Source: Candidatus Eiseniibacteriota bacterium (GTDB lineage Bacteria; Eisenbacteria; RBG-16-71-46; CAVPCR01). From it: a stretch of 64,000 nt of DNA. A program made the translations under genes and the position numbers. Shown in pieces: positions 63,417 through 64,000 of the stretch. The notes below the pieces were generated by a model, which was not told the DNA's origin, made no database searches, and saw only the letters and a program-made list of their open reading frames with translations. The stretch spans positions 474,688 to 538,687 of the forward strand of contig CAVPCR010000005.1 in NCBI GenBank assembly GCA_963702435.1. Reading direction: 5' to 3'. How positions within the stretch are numbered: the stretch's first letter is position 1; every line of letters starts with the position of its first letter.

Positions 63417-64000
63417 ATGGCCGCAGCAGCCGCCAACACGAAGAACGCGTTCAGCCAGGGTCCGCTCGATCTGGAACATGCCCGGTTCGATGGCGGCTCA
63501 GCCCCGGCGCTCACCTGTGAGTGCTGCAGCCAGGCCATCGCCCGCGTCTACTTCACAGCCAACAAGAAGGTGCTGTGCGCCTCGTGCAAGGAGAAGCTGA
63601 CGGCGCCGCCCACGGGGAGCGCCGCCGGACGGTGGCTGCGGGCTACGGGCCTTGGCCTCGTGGCGGCGGCCGTGGGCGCCGGGATCTGGTATGCGGTGCG
63701 CGCCCTCACCGGCTACGAGTTCGGGCTGATCGCCGTCGTGATCGGCTTCCTGGTCGGCGCCGCGGTGCGCTTCGGAGCACAAGGCCGCGGTGGGCTCGCG
63801 TATCAGCTGCTGGCTGTCTTCCTCACCTACACGAGCATCACCTCGACCAACGTGCCCTTGATCCTCGAAGAGCTCAAGCAGCAGTCAACAGTCGATGTCG
63901 CCGCGCCGGGAGGAGCCGGTACACCGATCTCCGATCCGGCCGGCGTGGAACCGGATGGGGCGGTCTCCGCCGCGACCTCTCCGGCGGCGGCCGCCGAGGC
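63417..64000 (+). CDS. Membrane protein with an N-terminal CxxC...CxxC zinc-ribbon; 3' end lies outside the window
   Basis: ATG 63417 lies 6 nt after a GAGGAGGAG SD. The frame is open to the window end and is not in the ORF track because there is no stop. It encodes MAAAAANTKNAFSQGPLDLEHARFDGGSAPALTCECCSQAIARVYFTANKKVLCASCKEKL, then two hydrophobic helices (LGLVAAAVGAGIWYAV, FGLIAVVIGFLVGAAV). Confidence 0.6.
   Translation, partial: MAAAAANTKNAFSQGPLDLEHARFDGGSAPALTCECCSQAIARVYFTANKKVLCASCKEKLTAPPTGSAAGRWLRATGLGLVAAAVGAGIWYAVRALTGYEFGLIAVVIGFLVGAAVRFGAQGRGGLAYQLLAVFLTYTSITSTNVPLILEELKQQSTVDVAAPGGAGTPISDPAGVEPDGAVSAATSPAAAAE

Noticed and set aside
1-64000. tRNA, rRNA, riboswitch or IS element anywhere in the window
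   Set aside because: Visual inspection of all intergenic regions longer than 80 bp found no cloverleaf-compatible sequence, rRNA-like conserved blocks, transposase ORFs or long terminal inverted repeats. tRNAscan/Infernal would be needed for certainty.

Overview
High-GC (about 70%) bacterial chromosomal window, gene-dense on both strands, read by eye from the sequence and ORF track only; no searches were run. I saw no rRNA, tRNA, CRISPR array or intact mobile element. Many long ORFs in the track are antisense shadow ORFs typical of high GC. The main content is as follows. (1) 6989-22970 holds about 66 CXXCH heme motifs in two divergent operons. They encode two multiheme-c/cytochrome-b fusion proteins, a NapC/NirT-like membrane cytochrome, a 9-heme lipoprotein, a putative outer-membrane barrel coupled to a 14-heme protein, resB/ccsA maturation genes and a cytochrome c peroxidase. 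This looks like a porin-cytochrome type electron conduit. (2) 50575-60197 is a co-directional block of two giant Ser/Thr-kinase/P-loop/TPR proteins, an unrecognisable lower-GC secreted protein and a kinase-associated ECF sigma factor. (3) 41866-50547 is a secretome patch: a 14-blade FG-GAP protein, two tandem 680-aa paralogs and another secreted protein, all with FlgD/T9SS-type C-terminal domains, plus decayed orphan copies of that domain. (4) 40694-41321 is a 6.5-copy, roughly 97-bp tandem repeat of unknown function. (5) The rest is housekeeping or accessory: Rrf2 regulator, glycosyltransferases, P-type ATPase with an EIIA(Ntr)-like protein, MBL hydrolase, ArsC, duplicated YceI, S9 peptidase, MocA/XdhC, and a MacAB-like ABC efflux system. 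Four genes carry dense, localised frameshifts while kilobase-scale neighbours are intact, so they are either pseudogenes or local consensus errors. The C-terminal sorting domains and GC content hint at an uncultured Gemmatimonadota/Eisenbacteria-like lineage, but this is only a guess.
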